A program made the position numbers and the translations under genes. A stretch of 32,000 nucleotides of DNA from an uncultured archaeon (GTDB taxonomy: Archaea > Asgardarchaeota > Thorarchaeia > Thorarchaeales > Thorarchaeaceae), in contig CAZYLT010000010.1 in NCBI GenBank assembly GCA_964648855.1, positions 1 through 32,000 on the forward strand. The letters are read 5' to 3'. Every line of letters starts with the position of its first letter. Position 1 is the first letter of the stretch. The notes beneath the pieces were generated by a model. The model saw only the letters and a program-made list of their open reading frames with translations, had not been told where the DNA came from and did not search any database. Shown here piece after piece: positions 1 to 9,883 of the stretch.

Positions 1-1
1 A

Positions 2-595
2 GAAATTTCAGACACGTTGAGGTCACTCAATCTGTCAGAAATAGTTTATCTAGACGCCTCCTCTGGAATGTTAAAAAAAGCAGTCAGCAAGTTTCCAGAG
101 ATAGAATACATTCAATCTCCTGCTGAAAAACTTCCCTTCGAAAATGACGGGTTTGATCTTGTCTATATGACTGATGTAGCACATCATCTCTCAGATGTCG
201 GCAGTGCGCTACAAGAGACCTATCGTATACTGCACTCCTCGGGGAGGTGCTGTGTCGTTACTCAATCGCATAATCAGATAGAGAAGAGAATGACGTCTCG
301 ATTCTTTCCAGAAACTGTCAAGATTGAACAAAGGCGATATCCATCAATAAGCCATCTTTGCTCTATCATGAAGAGAATTGGATTTTCCGAGGTTGACTCC
401 AAGGAGTACATTTTCGAGCCGGTTGTTTTTGGAAATGACTTTCTCAATACGGTTGAACAGAAGGGTTTCTCGATACTCCACAAAATACCAGAGGCCTCTT
501 TCTTCTCCGGTCTAAGACGTTTGCGAACGGCAATAGAGCGCGGGTCCAACCTAGACTATGCTGTAGAATACACATTTGTCTGGGCTACCAAGTGA
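2..595 (+). CDS. Class I SAM-dependent methyltransferase (Methyltransf_11-like), 5'-truncated by the window edge
   Basis: Frame is open from base 2 (EISDTLRS...). Motifs YLDASSGML, AEKLPFENDGFDLV and HHLSD...L..GG-like are present. The motif-I glycine loop lies upstream of the window. Confidence 0.85.
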   Translation, partial: EISDTLRSLNLSEIVYLDASSGMLKKAVSKFPEIEYIQSPAEKLPFENDGFDLVYMTDVAHHLSDVGSALQETYRILHSSGRCCVVTQSHNQIEKRMTSRFFPETVKIEQRRYPSISHLCSIMKRIGFSEVDSKEYIFEPVVFGNDFLNTVEQKGFSILHKIPEASFFSGLRRLRTAIERGSNLDYAVEYTFVWATK

Positions 596-601
596 ATATT
601 G

Positions 602-949
602 CTACTCTGTAACAGTGACTTGCACATCGTAGGTGTCTTCCACCTCAAACCGAAATAATTTTGTCACAGTGATTTCCGTCTTCCCTGGCCTTATCGCCTT
701 GAAGAACCACTTTCCAAGCTCTGCATCTCCTCCTGTCCAACCAGGCTTCATTCGCTCCGGATGTTTATAGTGAACGTCGGTTTCTATATGTTCAACAATA
801 TTCTCATCCTCAATTTCGAATGTTCTATCCTCACCGACGGATCCATGACGGTGGAAATTGAAGTAGAATGTGGTCCCAACTGAAACTGTGACCGAGGGAT
901 CCTCTATTTTCCAACTGACCTCGATTGACTCTTCTTTTGGAGGCTTCAT
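602..949 (-). CDS. Chagasin/I42-like Ig-fold protein (possible cysteine-protease inhibitor), divergent
   Basis: Pattern VTVSVGTTF..., GGD..GKWFFKA..PGKTEITV matches the chagasin layout. Its start overlaps the upstream stop (TAATG at 949). Confidence 0.55.
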   Translation of the reverse strand: MKPPKEESIEVSWKIEDPSVTVSVGTTFYFNFHRHGSVGEDRTFEIEDENIVEHIETDVHYKHPERMKPGWTGGDAELGKWFFKAIRPGKTEITVTKLFRFEVEDTYDVQVTVTE

Positions 950-1698
950 TATCGCTCACCTAGCTGTTGAACCAACGGTTTTCTTCCACGGTACCATTTG
1001 TAGACAATGATTGCAGCGATAAATCCAAATGCAACTCCTAATGCTATCAGAAGAATCGTAACTAGTGGTGTGTCAGGAGGCAATACAGTCGGCATCCCCG
1101 GATGCCAATGAACAAAGACTATGTCCACCACATTCGCACCTTGAACTGTGTTGGTGAACCTGAGGTAATTCAGAGTGCCATTCTCTTTCTCATATCGCCA
1201 TTCAAGATAATAGTCGACAGTAGTATCTCCCGAGATATATTGTCCCGATTGAATTGTTCCCCATTCCTCGTCCGTGTCTATAAACTCAATCTGTGGTGCA
1301 CTCTCGCTCAAAAGGTCAGTCAGAAAAGCCCAGTCACCTATAGGAAAGAGGAATGCTGTGGAATTGGCGGTTAGGACTATTTCGTTGTCTTCCGTTAATA
1401 CATCACAATAGGCTAAGGGGGCATCTTCACCAGATTCAATCTCGTCAGATATTGGATACAGATGTGTGACATTTACTTGGACCTTCTCTCCCGCATCAAT
1501 CAGCTCGATGAAATCCATCCAAGAAGGGAGACTACCCTCTAAAGAGGGCGAGATTGTCTTTCTCTGAAGAGCATAGGTGAATTGCTCCCCAACCTCTACG
1601 CCCCATTCTAGACTATGAGATTGTGCATCAGCAGGCATAGCGAACGATGCTGACAGAACTATAACCAAAGCAAGGGTAACTACTCTTTTCTGAAGCAT
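949..1698 (-). CDS. Secreted/surface protein with C-terminal transmembrane anchor, unknown function
   Basis: Likely start is ATG at 1698 (MLQKRVVTLALVIVLSASFAMPADA, a signal peptide). It then has LEWGVEVGEQFTY, an acidic ectodomain, and a hydrophobic C-terminal helix followed by a basic tail (KWYRGRK). Confidence 0.8.
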   Translation of the reverse strand: MLQKRVVTLALVIVLSASFAMPADAQSHSLEWGVEVGEQFTYALQRKTISPSLEGSLPSWMDFIELIDAGEKVQVNVTHLYPISDEIESGEDAPLAYCDVLTEDNEIVLTANSTAFLFPIGDWAFLTDLLSESAPQIEFIDTDEEWGTIQSGQYISGDTTVDYYLEWRYEKENGTLNYLRFTNTVQGANVVDIVFVHWHPGMPTVLPPDTPLVTILLIALGVAFGFIAAIIVYKWYRGRKPLVQQLGER

Positions 1699-1756
1699 TC
1701 TAAGACATCCATATCGTCCAGCGATATACGTGCAATGAGAATGACCATAATTGAAT

Positions 1757-2509
1757 TTATCCTCTCGGGAATTCAATATGCGTTATGAGGTCTTCAGGAT
1801 GCTCTATGACAACAGTTCCTTCTGGTGCCTTTGTCTTTTCTTCTTTGTCACACCATGTTACGAGTACAGGCAACATCTCCGCACGGATTGCTGCAGTGAC
1901 ATCATATTCAACAATATTGCCAATATATGCACAGAGACGTGGATTAACGCCCATCTCTCTGGCCGCGCGAAGGAGCATATATGGCGACGGTTTCATGTAT
2001 CCTGGCACGTTGGAATACTCTATTATCTCAAACAGCGAATTGATTCCATCGTTTCGAAGATACCTTGTTGGATCTCCGAAGCGATTGGATGCCACGCCGA
2101 GACGAATGCCCTGTGAATGATAATGATTTAATGCCTCTCTCACGCCATCTACCAACTCGTACTGGTACTCAGCTATTGTGGCGTCCCACAAATCTTGATA
2201 CTTGATAGCCAGCTGTTCAATATCCCCTTCGACGCAGAGTGCCTCAAGAAACCTACGGTCATGTTCAATCCAAAGCTCTCGTGATGGTTCCCAGTGAGGA
2301 CCAACATTATGCTCAATCATATACTGATTCAGCCATCCGTCATGTTCCCTGAGCAAAGCCAGTTCTATTTGCTCATCAGTCATATTCTCGCAATCACCGA
2401 CACCTGCATCTATCAAGTGTTGTCGAGCAATATCTATCAAATCAGGTGCAGGATGATAGAGCGTTCCACCAAGGTCGAATATCAGGCCCTCTATTCTTCT
2501 CTGATTCAT
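1757..2509 (-). CDS. HAD-superfamily hydrolase (subfamily IA)
   Basis: Motif I variant FDLGGTLY, motif II VASN, KPSP, and motif IV variant YIGNIVEYDV. Confidence 0.88.
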   Translation of the reverse strand: MNQRRIEGLIFDLGGTLYHPAPDLIDIARQHLIDAGVGDCENMTDEQIELALLREHDGWLNQYMIEHNVGPHWEPSRELWIEHDRRFLEALCVEGDIEQLAIKYQDLWDATIAEYQYELVDGVREALNHYHSQGIRLGVASNRFGDPTRYLRNDGINSLFEIIEYSNVPGYMKPSPYMLLRAAREMGVNPRLCAYIGNIVEYDVTAAIRAEMLPVLVTWCDKEEKTKAPEGTVVIEHPEDLITHIEFPRG

Positions 2510-2611
2510 GGCTCTCCCTGCTTGATATTTTTTCCTTCTTAATTCTTGTCGCTTCTTCTAGTTGCTGCAATCATCTGAATGCTTTTCAGGCTCTCGAGAT
2601 ACTTTCACTCG

Positions 2612-3766
2612 ATGGTAATGCCCTCGGTCAGAGAAGCTCTAGATTCAGTTGAACGGCATCTGGAGAAACATCCAGATGATGCACAAGCTTGGAATAGCAA
2701 AGGGGTTCTCTTGGCACAAATGGAGGAATTTGGTGAGGCACTAAGAAGCCTTGAGAAAGCAATCACATTGAAGGCTGACCTAACCGAGGCGCATTTGAAC
2801 AAAGGAAGGATTCTCCTCTCCCTGAGTCCTGATAACGCAGAGAAGGCCCTATCTTCATTCAAATCAGTATTGGAAATATCTCCGGAGAATGCAATAGCCC
2901 TTCAGGATGCTGCTAATGCTCTAAGAAGTCTTGGGAATAGCGAGGAAGAACTACGCCTACTAGAACAGCTTCTGAGCGTTACGGAGAATACAAAACCCGT
3001 TCTTCTGAGAATGGGGGACATTCATCTTGAGTCCGGTCGTTTTGATGAATCATTGGTCTTCTATAACAAAGTCTTGCAACATGACGCGAAATTAGTCCCG
3101 GCTCTCTTACATCGTGCTATCGCTTATTCTATGGTAGGAGACTGGAAAAAAGCTCGGGACTCGGCAGAGAAAGCGCGAAAGATTGCTCCTGAGGATATTG
3201 AGTCATGGCGTGTATTGGCAGATGTGAATTTGAGGGCGGGACGAAATCGAGCAGCCTTGAAAGCGCTGGAAAGAGCATCACAAATTGATCCAAGTGATGC
3301 CAATGTAGAGAATACAATGGGCATGGTCGAGTACAAGGAGCAACGTTTGAAGGATGCAGAAAAACACTTCAAACGAGCCATTATCAGGGATAGAGAACAT
3401 GTGCGGGCACTCCGTAACTTGGCTTTGATTTCCATGGAATTGGAGAAATGGCGACAGGCAGTGAAGGCATGGAAACGATACCTATCAATCGAGAAAGATG
3501 ATCCCAATGCGTTTGATGCCTTGGCAACTGCCAACGCACGACTGGAGAGGTTTTGTGCTGCAGCAAAGGCATGGCAACGGGCGAGGAAGATCTTCAAACG
3601 CAAAAACAATGACAGTGAGGCATCGCGGGTTACACAGTTAGGGCGCGCGGCCAGAATAAATTGCTCACGTCAAAAAGAGGCTGCACGGGAGGCTCGAAAG
3701 CATGAGAAGGCAAGCCGGTCTTTTTCAGATCGTTTCAGACTTAGAAAAGAGAAACGAGAGAAATAA
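2612..3766 (+). CDS. Tetratricopeptide-repeat protein with a basic C-terminal helix
   Basis: Many TPR units (PDDAQAWNSKGVLL, AHLNKGRIL, DPSDANVENTMG, DDPNAFDALA). Start is probably ATG 2612 or 2618 rather than 2579. Confidence 0.9.
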   Translation: MVMPSVREALDSVERHLEKHPDDAQAWNSKGVLLAQMEEFGEALRSLEKAITLKADLTEAHLNKGRILLSLSPDNAEKALSSFKSVLEISPENAIALQDAANALRSLGNSEEELRLLEQLLSVTENTKPVLLRMGDIHLESGRFDESLVFYNKVLQHDAKLVPALLHRAIAYSMVGDWKKARDSAEKARKIAPEDIESWRVLADVNLRAGRNRAALKALERASQIDPSDANVENTMGMVEYKEQRLKDAEKHFKRAIIRDREHVRALRNLALISMELEKWRQAVKAWKRYLSIEKDDPNAFDALATANARLERFCAAAKAWQRARKIFKRKNNDSEASRVTQLGRAARINCSRQKEAAREARKHEKASRSFSDRFRLRKEKREK

Positions 3767-3770
3767 GTCT

Positions 3771-3980
3771 CTATATCTCAAAATCTACTTCAGACTCGAT
3801 GGCACGGGCTAGTGCATCGGCAGCTTTGTCATCAAGTTCCATCATACTATATAATTCGCTTAACTGAAACCATGCCTGGGTATGGTGCGGACGGATTGCT
3901 ATGGCTTTTTTCAGCGCATAGTGGGCTCTCCTTAATACTACTCTGCTTTCTGATGAATCAATGTTCGTTCGCTTCGTCAT
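3771..3980 (-). CDS. Small single-TPR protein or TPR fragment
   Basis: ALKKAIAIRPHHTQAWFQLSELY...DKAADALARAI is a good TPR consensus. It fills the gap between the convergent TPR gene and the MBL gene. Confidence 0.6.
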   Translation of the reverse strand: MTKRTNIDSSESRVVLRRAHYALKKAIAIRPHHTQAWFQLSELYSMMELDDKAADALARAIESEVDFEI

Positions 3981-4770
3981 GAAGCAATGATTCGACAAGA
4001 AAATCGATTGCGAATCTACCTTCAGTTAACCCGAGATACCAAGGCCCTTCCCAGCCCATTTCCCTAACTATCTCCGTTACAGTCAATCCTTTTCTGCTTA
4101 GTTTTCTTACAGTTTCTTGGGTTTTGGTGAGATAATCGATTCTTCTCTTGATGTGTTCCTCAGGTTCAATAATGGGACCCTTATGACCATCAAACAACAC
4201 CTCAAGATCAAGCTCCAGAATCTTCTTCATCGTATCGACCATCATGGGAATATTCTCTTCCGGCATTGCAATATACTTCTTGGAGGGTAAGGGAACTGCA
4301 TCAGCTGAGAAAAGCCAGCCCTTTGAGGGTTGGTGGAAGCCCACCATCTCCTGATGATGCCCCGGTAGTTCGATGACGTTGAAGTTCAGTCCTTGGACCT
4401 GAAATGACTCTGGCATATCCTTTACAGATCGAATACCTTTTGGCTGTCCCCAAACAAATTGGAAAAACTCGTCAAGTTCTGTAGGATGCATTAGTTCCTC
4501 ATGTGCCGATTTGGGTGCAAAAACCTCGCATTTTTCGGCAAGAACAGAAAGACCTCCAATATGGTCTTCATGGGCATGGGAGATGAAGATTCTCGATATC
4601 TCGTACTCATTTTTGATTCGTTCAAAGTCACGCGCGGCATTAGCACATCCTGCGTCAAACATTACATCATGTACCAAGTAGGAATAGACCCACATTATTG
4701 GTTCCCCGTCATGAATTGTTGCAGTCTTTATGCATTTCACCGTATCATTGAATTCTTCGACCACCAGCAT
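3958..4770 (-). CDS. Metallo-beta-lactamase-fold hydrolase
   Basis: SHAHEDHIGG (HxHxDH), PGHH, LFSAD and DGHKGP metal-ligand motifs. Confidence 0.9.
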   Translation of the reverse strand: MLVVEEFNDTVKCIKTATIHDGEPIMWVYSYLVHDVMFDAGCANAARDFERIKNEYEISRIFISHAHEDHIGGLSVLAEKCEVFAPKSAHEELMHPTELDEFFQFVWGQPKGIRSVKDMPESFQVQGLNFNVIELPGHHQEMVGFHQPSKGWLFSADAVPLPSKKYIAMPEENIPMMVDTMKKILELDLEVLFDGHKGPIIEPEEHIKRRIDYLTKTQETVRKLSRKGLTVTEIVREMGWEGPWYLGLTEGRFAIDFLVESLLHDEANEH

Positions 4771-4844
4771 GACGGAAACCTCTACTCAATGTCTGATTAC
4801 TTGGATTGATAAAAATATCAGCACAAACACTCCGATATGACTAT

Positions 4845-4979
4845 TTACCATGCGAAGTGTTCGAGAATTGCTTCCTCCGGACAAATATCCTCACAGGCAA
4901 GATACTCTATGCAGCCGCCATCCTCAAATTTCACTTTGGTGGTCACTTCTCTTCAGCTCTGATGTTTTCTCGGATTCAT
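4845..4979 (-). pseudogene. Degenerate ferredoxin (4Fe-4S motif remnant) directly after korB
   Basis: Minus-strand translation from ATG 4979 (overlaps the korB stop as ATGA): [43 protein letters not shown]. This is CxxCxxCxxxCP with the second Cys as Tyr, plus an in-frame TGA. Confidence 0.6.
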
Positions 4980-5866
4980 GTTTTCGCCTTTGAGCGAATC
5001 AATTCGAGCAGTTTCTTACCATCTACTTCTCGCTTGTACAGCGGACTCTTATCCTCATCATAGACTCCAGAATCGTCTTCGAAAGTCGTTCTATCAGGAT
5101 TGGTATAAAATACTCCCAGAGGAAGTTTATCTGACTGCATTGCTTTTTGTAAGGCCTCAGTTGGGTCTCTCACATCATGCGACTCGTCAAGATATTCCGT
5201 ATTATCCTTGAACCACTTGAACGTGTTCAATTTGTTGTAAGTGACACATGGCTGAAAGACATCGACAAGGGCAAAGCCCTTGTGGCTTATCGCCTTCTTT
5301 AGAATCTCTTTAGTTTCATCCCGATCACCAACAAATGCTCGAGCAACAAACGAGGCGTCCATGGAGATTGCTAACGCCAATGGATTGAACGCTTTGTTCG
5401 TCCATCCTCCTCTGTCAGCTGGTTGAACGGGTGTGGTGAATCCAAGCTGAGTGGTTGGCGATGCCTGCCCTTTTGTCAGTCCATATACCATATTGTTATG
5501 CACGATCATGGTGATGTTGGGATTTCTCAGAATTGTGTGTACGAAGTGATTTCCTCCTTCGCCGTACATGCATCCATCGCCACTCTCTGCTATCACGGTT
5601 AATTCGGGGTTTGCCGCCTTGATAGCAAGTGCCGGGGGGAGTGCTCGGCCATGGAGGCCATTGAAGAAATTGACATTGAGATAGTGTGGAGTCTTTGCTG
5701 CTTGTCCAATACCGGACACCATCACAACCTCAGTGGGTTTCAATTCCAATTCTGCCAGTGTCGATTGCATGATTTTTCGTAGCGGATAGTTTCCACATCC
5801 TGGACACCACGCAATATCGTAGCCAACGCTATCCATTATCTCGTAATCTTTAGAATCCAAGTTCAT
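4976..5866 (-). CDS. korB: 2-oxoacid:ferredoxin oxidoreductase beta subunit (TPP-binding)
   Basis: [51 protein letters not shown]. Substrate specificity cannot be determined. Confidence 0.95.
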   Translation of the reverse strand: MNLDSKDYEIMDSVGYDIAWCPGCGNYPLRKIMQSTLAELELKPTEVVMVSGIGQAAKTPHYLNVNFFNGLHGRALPPALAIKAANPELTVIAESGDGCMYGEGGNHFVHTILRNPNITMIVHNNMVYGLTKGQASPTTQLGFTTPVQPADRGGWTNKAFNPLALAISMDASFVARAFVGDRDETKEILKKAISHKGFALVDVFQPCVTYNKLNTFKWFKDNTEYLDESHDVRDPTEALQKAMQSDKLPLGVFYTNPDRTTFEDDSGVYDEDKSPLYKREVDGKKLLELIRSKAKT

Positions 5867-7593
5867 CGCCTCCTCTTTGCAGCCTCTTCAATAAACTCCG
5901 TAACCATTTCAACTGGGAACGGTAGACCATCATATTTCAAGAGCTTATCTTCCTGCGATATGCTCACTCCCAACTCCGTCAAAAGAAGATTGCAGAATTG
6001 CCCAGTTGCATTATTCTCGACAGCTAAGACTTGTTCTGCCTTGTCAAAGTGTTTGTTCACATCTGAAGGCAATGGATATACCTGCTTGAAATGCAATAGT
6101 GCAATATCATCCAAATCCAGCTGTTCTAGAGCTTCTTTGACAACATAGTAGTTCGACCCCCAAGCAACCACCAAAGTCTTGTAGTCCTCGTTTCCGACCA
6201 GCTCGGGGTAGACATAGTCCTTTTTGATGGCTTCAATCTTCCTGTGTAATCGCTTATTCACCATCTCAATTCGGAGGTTCATGTCCTCGGTGATATGACC
6301 GTCTTCATCATGTTCGTCACTATCAGCGCGAACAAAACCGTCACCAAAGCCCGGAATCCCCCGTGGAGAAATGCCATCTTCAGTAATAGCATACCTCTGG
6401 TAATCCTCCTCTGTCTTGACAATATGTTTCTCTACCCTGAGATTTGAAATATCAAACTCAGGTATGTTGTAGGAAGAATCCACAAAGAATTGATCTGTCA
6501 ATACAAACACCGGGACTTGATATTTGTCTGCCAGATTGAATGCCTTCTGTGTGAGATAGAATCCCTCCTCATAGGTTCCGGGTGTCAAGACAATTCTTGG
6601 AAATTCTCCATGCGCGGCTCCCAGTACATGTTTCAAGTCTTCCTGCCCGGTTCTTGTCGGAAGGCCAGTTGCAGGACCCGGTCTTTGTGCAACATGAAGT
6701 ACCATCGGAGTTTCCGTCATTCCTGCAAGACTGAGCCCCTCGGACATCAGAGCAAAGCCGCCTCCGGAAGTCGTTATCATAGCTCGTGCACCGGCATACC
6801 ACGCGCCTAGTCCCTTGTTAATTCCCGAGATCTCATCCTCAACCTGGTCAACAACTATGCCAAACTCTTTTGATTGCTGGCTCAGAAATACAAGAACGCC
6901 CGTCGAGGGGGACATGGGATATGATGCAATGAAATTACATCCTCCTGCAATGGCACCTAATCCAATTGAGTCAGTCCCACTGATCAGGATGTCATCTTTC
7001 ACTGCTTCTTTCTTTTTAACTCCAAACTTGAGCTTGCCTTCTTGCTTCAGCCGATTGCCAATTTCTACGCCTCTATTGTACGCATCGATGTTTTCGTTGA
7101 CTACATCTTCTCCTTTATCGCCGAATCTTCTTTCAAGGTACTCCCGAACAATATCCAGGTTTACACCAAAGAGGGACGTTATGACTCCTGCCGCTACAGT
7201 ATTGGAGTATATTTTTCCTCCCACTTCCTTCGCTATTCCCGAGAAATCAACCTTAATCACATTATCAGGGTCAACACCTGATTGCTCTCCTACAAAGTCT
7301 TCCTCGCCCAATACCTGAGTGTCTTCTTGGACCCTTCGATATTTACGTAGATGAGGTATTGCATCCTTGGTCAGCGGCACAAGAAGGTCTGTGCGCCGAA
7401 CATATGCTCCTGTTCTTTGAGAACAAATCCGAAGTTGGAGTGAGTTAGTTCCTCCTCTAATTCTAGACATAAATTCGCGAGTCACAAAAACGTGATAGCC
7501 TGACAGTTTTAGTACGGTGGCCATAAAATCAGCAGCCGTTTCTATTCCTTGCCCGGCCGCACCGGCTATGACTATTGATACATCTCTCTTCAA
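5863..7593 (-). CDS. korA: 2-oxoacid:ferredoxin oxidoreductase alpha subunit (fused gamma-alpha type)
   Basis: [55 protein letters not shown] start, and ATGA coupling to korB. Confidence 0.95.
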   Translation of the reverse strand: MKRDVSIVIAGAAGQGIETAADFMATVLKLSGYHVFVTREFMSRIRGGTNSLQLRICSQRTGAYVRRTDLLVPLTKDAIPHLRKYRRVQEDTQVLGEEDFVGEQSGVDPDNVIKVDFSGIAKEVGGKIYSNTVAAGVITSLFGVNLDIVREYLERRFGDKGEDVVNENIDAYNRGVEIGNRLKQEGKLKFGVKKKEAVKDDILISGTDSIGLGAIAGGCNFIASYPMSPSTGVLVFLSQQSKEFGIVVDQVEDEISGINKGLGAWYAGARAMITTSGGGFALMSEGLSLAGMTETPMVLHVAQRPGPATGLPTRTGQEDLKHVLGAAHGEFPRIVLTPGTYEEGFYLTQKAFNLADKYQVPVFVLTDQFFVDSSYNIPEFDISNLRVEKHIVKTEEDYQRYAITEDGISPRGIPGFGDGFVRADSDEHDEDGHITEDMNLRIEMVNKRLHRKIEAIKKDYVYPELVGNEDYKTLVVAWGSNYYVVKEALEQLDLDDIALLHFKQVYPLPSDVNKHFDKAEQVLAVENNATGQFCNLLLTELGVSISQEDKLLKYDGLPFPVEMVTEFIEEAAKRRR

Positions 7594-7640
7594 GGTTCAG
7601 TCCCACTAAAATATAGTGTAGACAACCTTGGTTTTAAGAC
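7591..7640 (-). promoter_or_regulatory. Putative korAB promoter with an overlapping imperfect inverted repeat
   Basis: TTAAAA on the minus strand at about 7632-7637. Inverted arms caaggtt..gtc.cacta (7591-7608) and tagtg..gac-aaccttg (7614-7630). Confidence 0.35.
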
Positions 7641-7746
7641 TATAGACATAACATTTCAGACGCCTCTGGATAGAATTGTGGCACAGGGCTGGTCTAAACT
7701 ACCAAACTACACCGCTCATCCAGTAGCATTCTTGAGTGTGGGGTAC

Positions 7747-8532
7747 TTACAGAGCTGTCCATCCACCATCGACACTGATATTCTCACCAGTGACATAGTT
7801 TGAAGCTGGAGACGCCAAGTAGATGATTGCTCCCTTCAGGTCAGAGGGCTTACCGGTCCTTCCAAGCGCTGTCCTAGATTTAATCAGTTCAAGGGTTTCC
7901 TCATTCTCGAAGATATCTTCTGTCATCTCGCTTGGGAAGAATCCGGGCGAAATCGAATTGACATTGATTTTATGTTCTGCCCATTCGATTGCATGGGCTC
8001 TTGTGAGGTTTATGACTGCCGCCTTTGATGCGTAGTAAGGTGCTGCATGAAATCGGTCTCCCACTTGACCATAGATGCTTGCAATATTGATAATCTTACC
8101 ATAATCATTCTTGATCATCTCTCTGGCTGCTATTCGTGAAACAAGGAAGACACCAGTGAGGTTCACATCTATGACTTTTCTCCAGGTTTCGACAGGCATA
8201 TTGACCGATTCTTCCATAGCTGCGATTCCAGCATTATTGACAACAATCTCCAGTGACCCAAACTCGTCTACTGCTGTCTTGACGAGCTTCTCCACCTGCT
8301 CTTCGATAGTAACATCCGCTTCCACAGGTAAGACATTGGAACCAGTTTCTTCTTCTATTCTATCTGCTACATCTTTGAGTTTCTCGAATCGTCGTGCACA
8401 GATTACTACGTTCGCTCCTGCTTCTGCTAATGCCTCAGCGAATGTGACTCCAAGTCCTGCTGACGCTCCCGTCACTATTGCCGTTTGGTCTTCTATTCCG
8501 AAACATAATTCAGTGATTGTTTTATCACTCAT
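7747..8532 (-). CDS. Short-chain dehydrogenase/reductase (gluconate 5-dehydrogenase-like)
   Basis: TGASAGLG, NNAG, catalytic YYASK (YxxxK), PGFFPSEMT, VDGGW. Confidence 0.92.
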   Translation of the reverse strand: MSDKTITELCFGIEDQTAIVTGASAGLGVTFAEALAEAGANVVICARRFEKLKDVADRIEEETGSNVLPVEADVTIEEQVEKLVKTAVDEFGSLEIVVNNAGIAAMEESVNMPVETWRKVIDVNLTGVFLVSRIAAREMIKNDYGKIINIASIYGQVGDRFHAAPYYASKAAVINLTRAHAIEWAEHKINVNSISPGFFPSEMTEDIFENEETLELIKSRTALGRTGKPSDLKGAIIYLASPASNYVTGENISVDGGWTAL

Positions 8533-8688
8533 CTCTATCAGTTAACTATAATAAACAGGGGCTTATGAGTACTTCCATCTGTAAAAAATAGCTTCTTACT
8601 GGCTCGATTCAGGCAATACGTGATGGTAGTCCAAGGATTTTGGTCATTCTGGTTTTTTCGGGTACAGTTGCAACACAAAATTGCATGC

Positions 8689-9810
8689 CTAACTCCCGTT
8701 TCGTAGGACGGGCGGAGAAAACTTCCTGAGTTTTCTTAGTCCGACCACTTGATCTCGACGTCCTAGTTTCGCATCTTCCAAGACCTTCTCCAAGAATGAA
8801 ATCGCTTCATCGTACGCCTCACGAGGAACCGGGAACGGGACGCCATCCTTTCCACCGAACGCAAACGTCATGCGGACAGGGTCAGACCACGAGGGTTCAT
8901 CGCCAAAGATGAGGTCAGATATGAGCGATAGTCCCCTCACAGTTGCGGGACCCATCCCTTCCATAAGGATGAGTTGTTCGTAATCTGTAGGATCTGCTTC
9001 ATAGGCTGCACGGACTGCTGACCATTCCATTCGGTGGGGTAACACCTTGTAAGAAGGTAGTTCGGTTGGCTGTTCAATGCCGTCAATCCAGGGTATCAGC
9101 GTTGTCCTCCCATAGGATTTGATATCATTGAAGAGACGACGAACCCGCAATTCGCCCTCCTTAGCAACATCAAGTGATGTCTTTCGGCACTCATCTGACT
9201 TCTTCGATGTCATATTCAGTGTGGAATTCTTCACACTTCCAGAAATCATGCCAGTATGGGGCTCTTCAATGAATCCGTGAAACTCCTCTGATGTCCAGTG
9301 ATACCTTCGAGCATCATGAGATTGCTGATCCATTCCCTGTTGTACAACTGTCCAATTCTCATCCGAGTCAACAAAAAAGACGTGCTGGTAGAGGTTGTAT
9401 CCGTCTTGAAGTGCAGCATTATCGATTTTGGCTACTGCTTTGCTAGTGTCTGCAAGTCCTGCTCCATCGAGTCCGTAATCTTCCAGGGCTCGAAGTTGTC
9501 CTGGTGTCTTTCTTGAAGCCATGCCCTTACCTCCAGCACCAATCATACCATGTTTCTCAAAGCTCAATGCTGCCTTCAACACTCCACATGTGACGGTAGT
9601 GCTGCCACTTGAATCCCAATCATATCCGAGGGCGTTGGAGAGGGCTTGAAACCAGACAGGGTCAGAAAGTCGCCTCAGAAGCTCAAGAGTCCCATACTCA
9701 TCCACTATGAATTCGCATACAGCACTTGCCATTGGTATCATTCGCTTGACCAGCCAATGGGGTGCCTTGCCGGGATGTAGTTTGAGATCTGCTATACCCG
9801 AACGCTTCAA
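8689..9810 (-). CDS. DUF763 family protein
   Basis: GIADLKLH.GKAP.WL..RM, RLSDPVWFQA, GYDWDSSGSTT, KIDNAALQDGY, GMGPATVR, FAFGGKDGVPFPV. Confidence 0.92.
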   Translation of the reverse strand: MKRSGIADLKLHPGKAPHWLVKRMIPMASAVCEFIVDEYGTLELLRRLSDPVWFQALSNALGYDWDSSGSTTVTCGVLKAALSFEKHGMIGAGGKGMASRKTPGQLRALEDYGLDGAGLADTSKAVAKIDNAALQDGYNLYQHVFFVDSDENWTVVQQGMDQQSHDARRYHWTSEEFHGFIEEPHTGMISGSVKNSTLNMTSKKSDECRKTSLDVAKEGELRVRRLFNDIKSYGRTTLIPWIDGIEQPTELPSYKVLPHRMEWSAVRAAYEADPTDYEQLILMEGMGPATVRGLSLISDLIFGDEPSWSDPVRMTFAFGGKDGVPFPVPREAYDEAISFLEKVLEDAKLGRRDQVVGLRKLRKFSPPVLRNGS

Positions 9811-9883
9811 GTCTTACTGCCTCTGCTTGGTTATTGGGGGGGCGGTTAAATAAGCGCAACAGATTACCGAAAGTATTGTGTCT

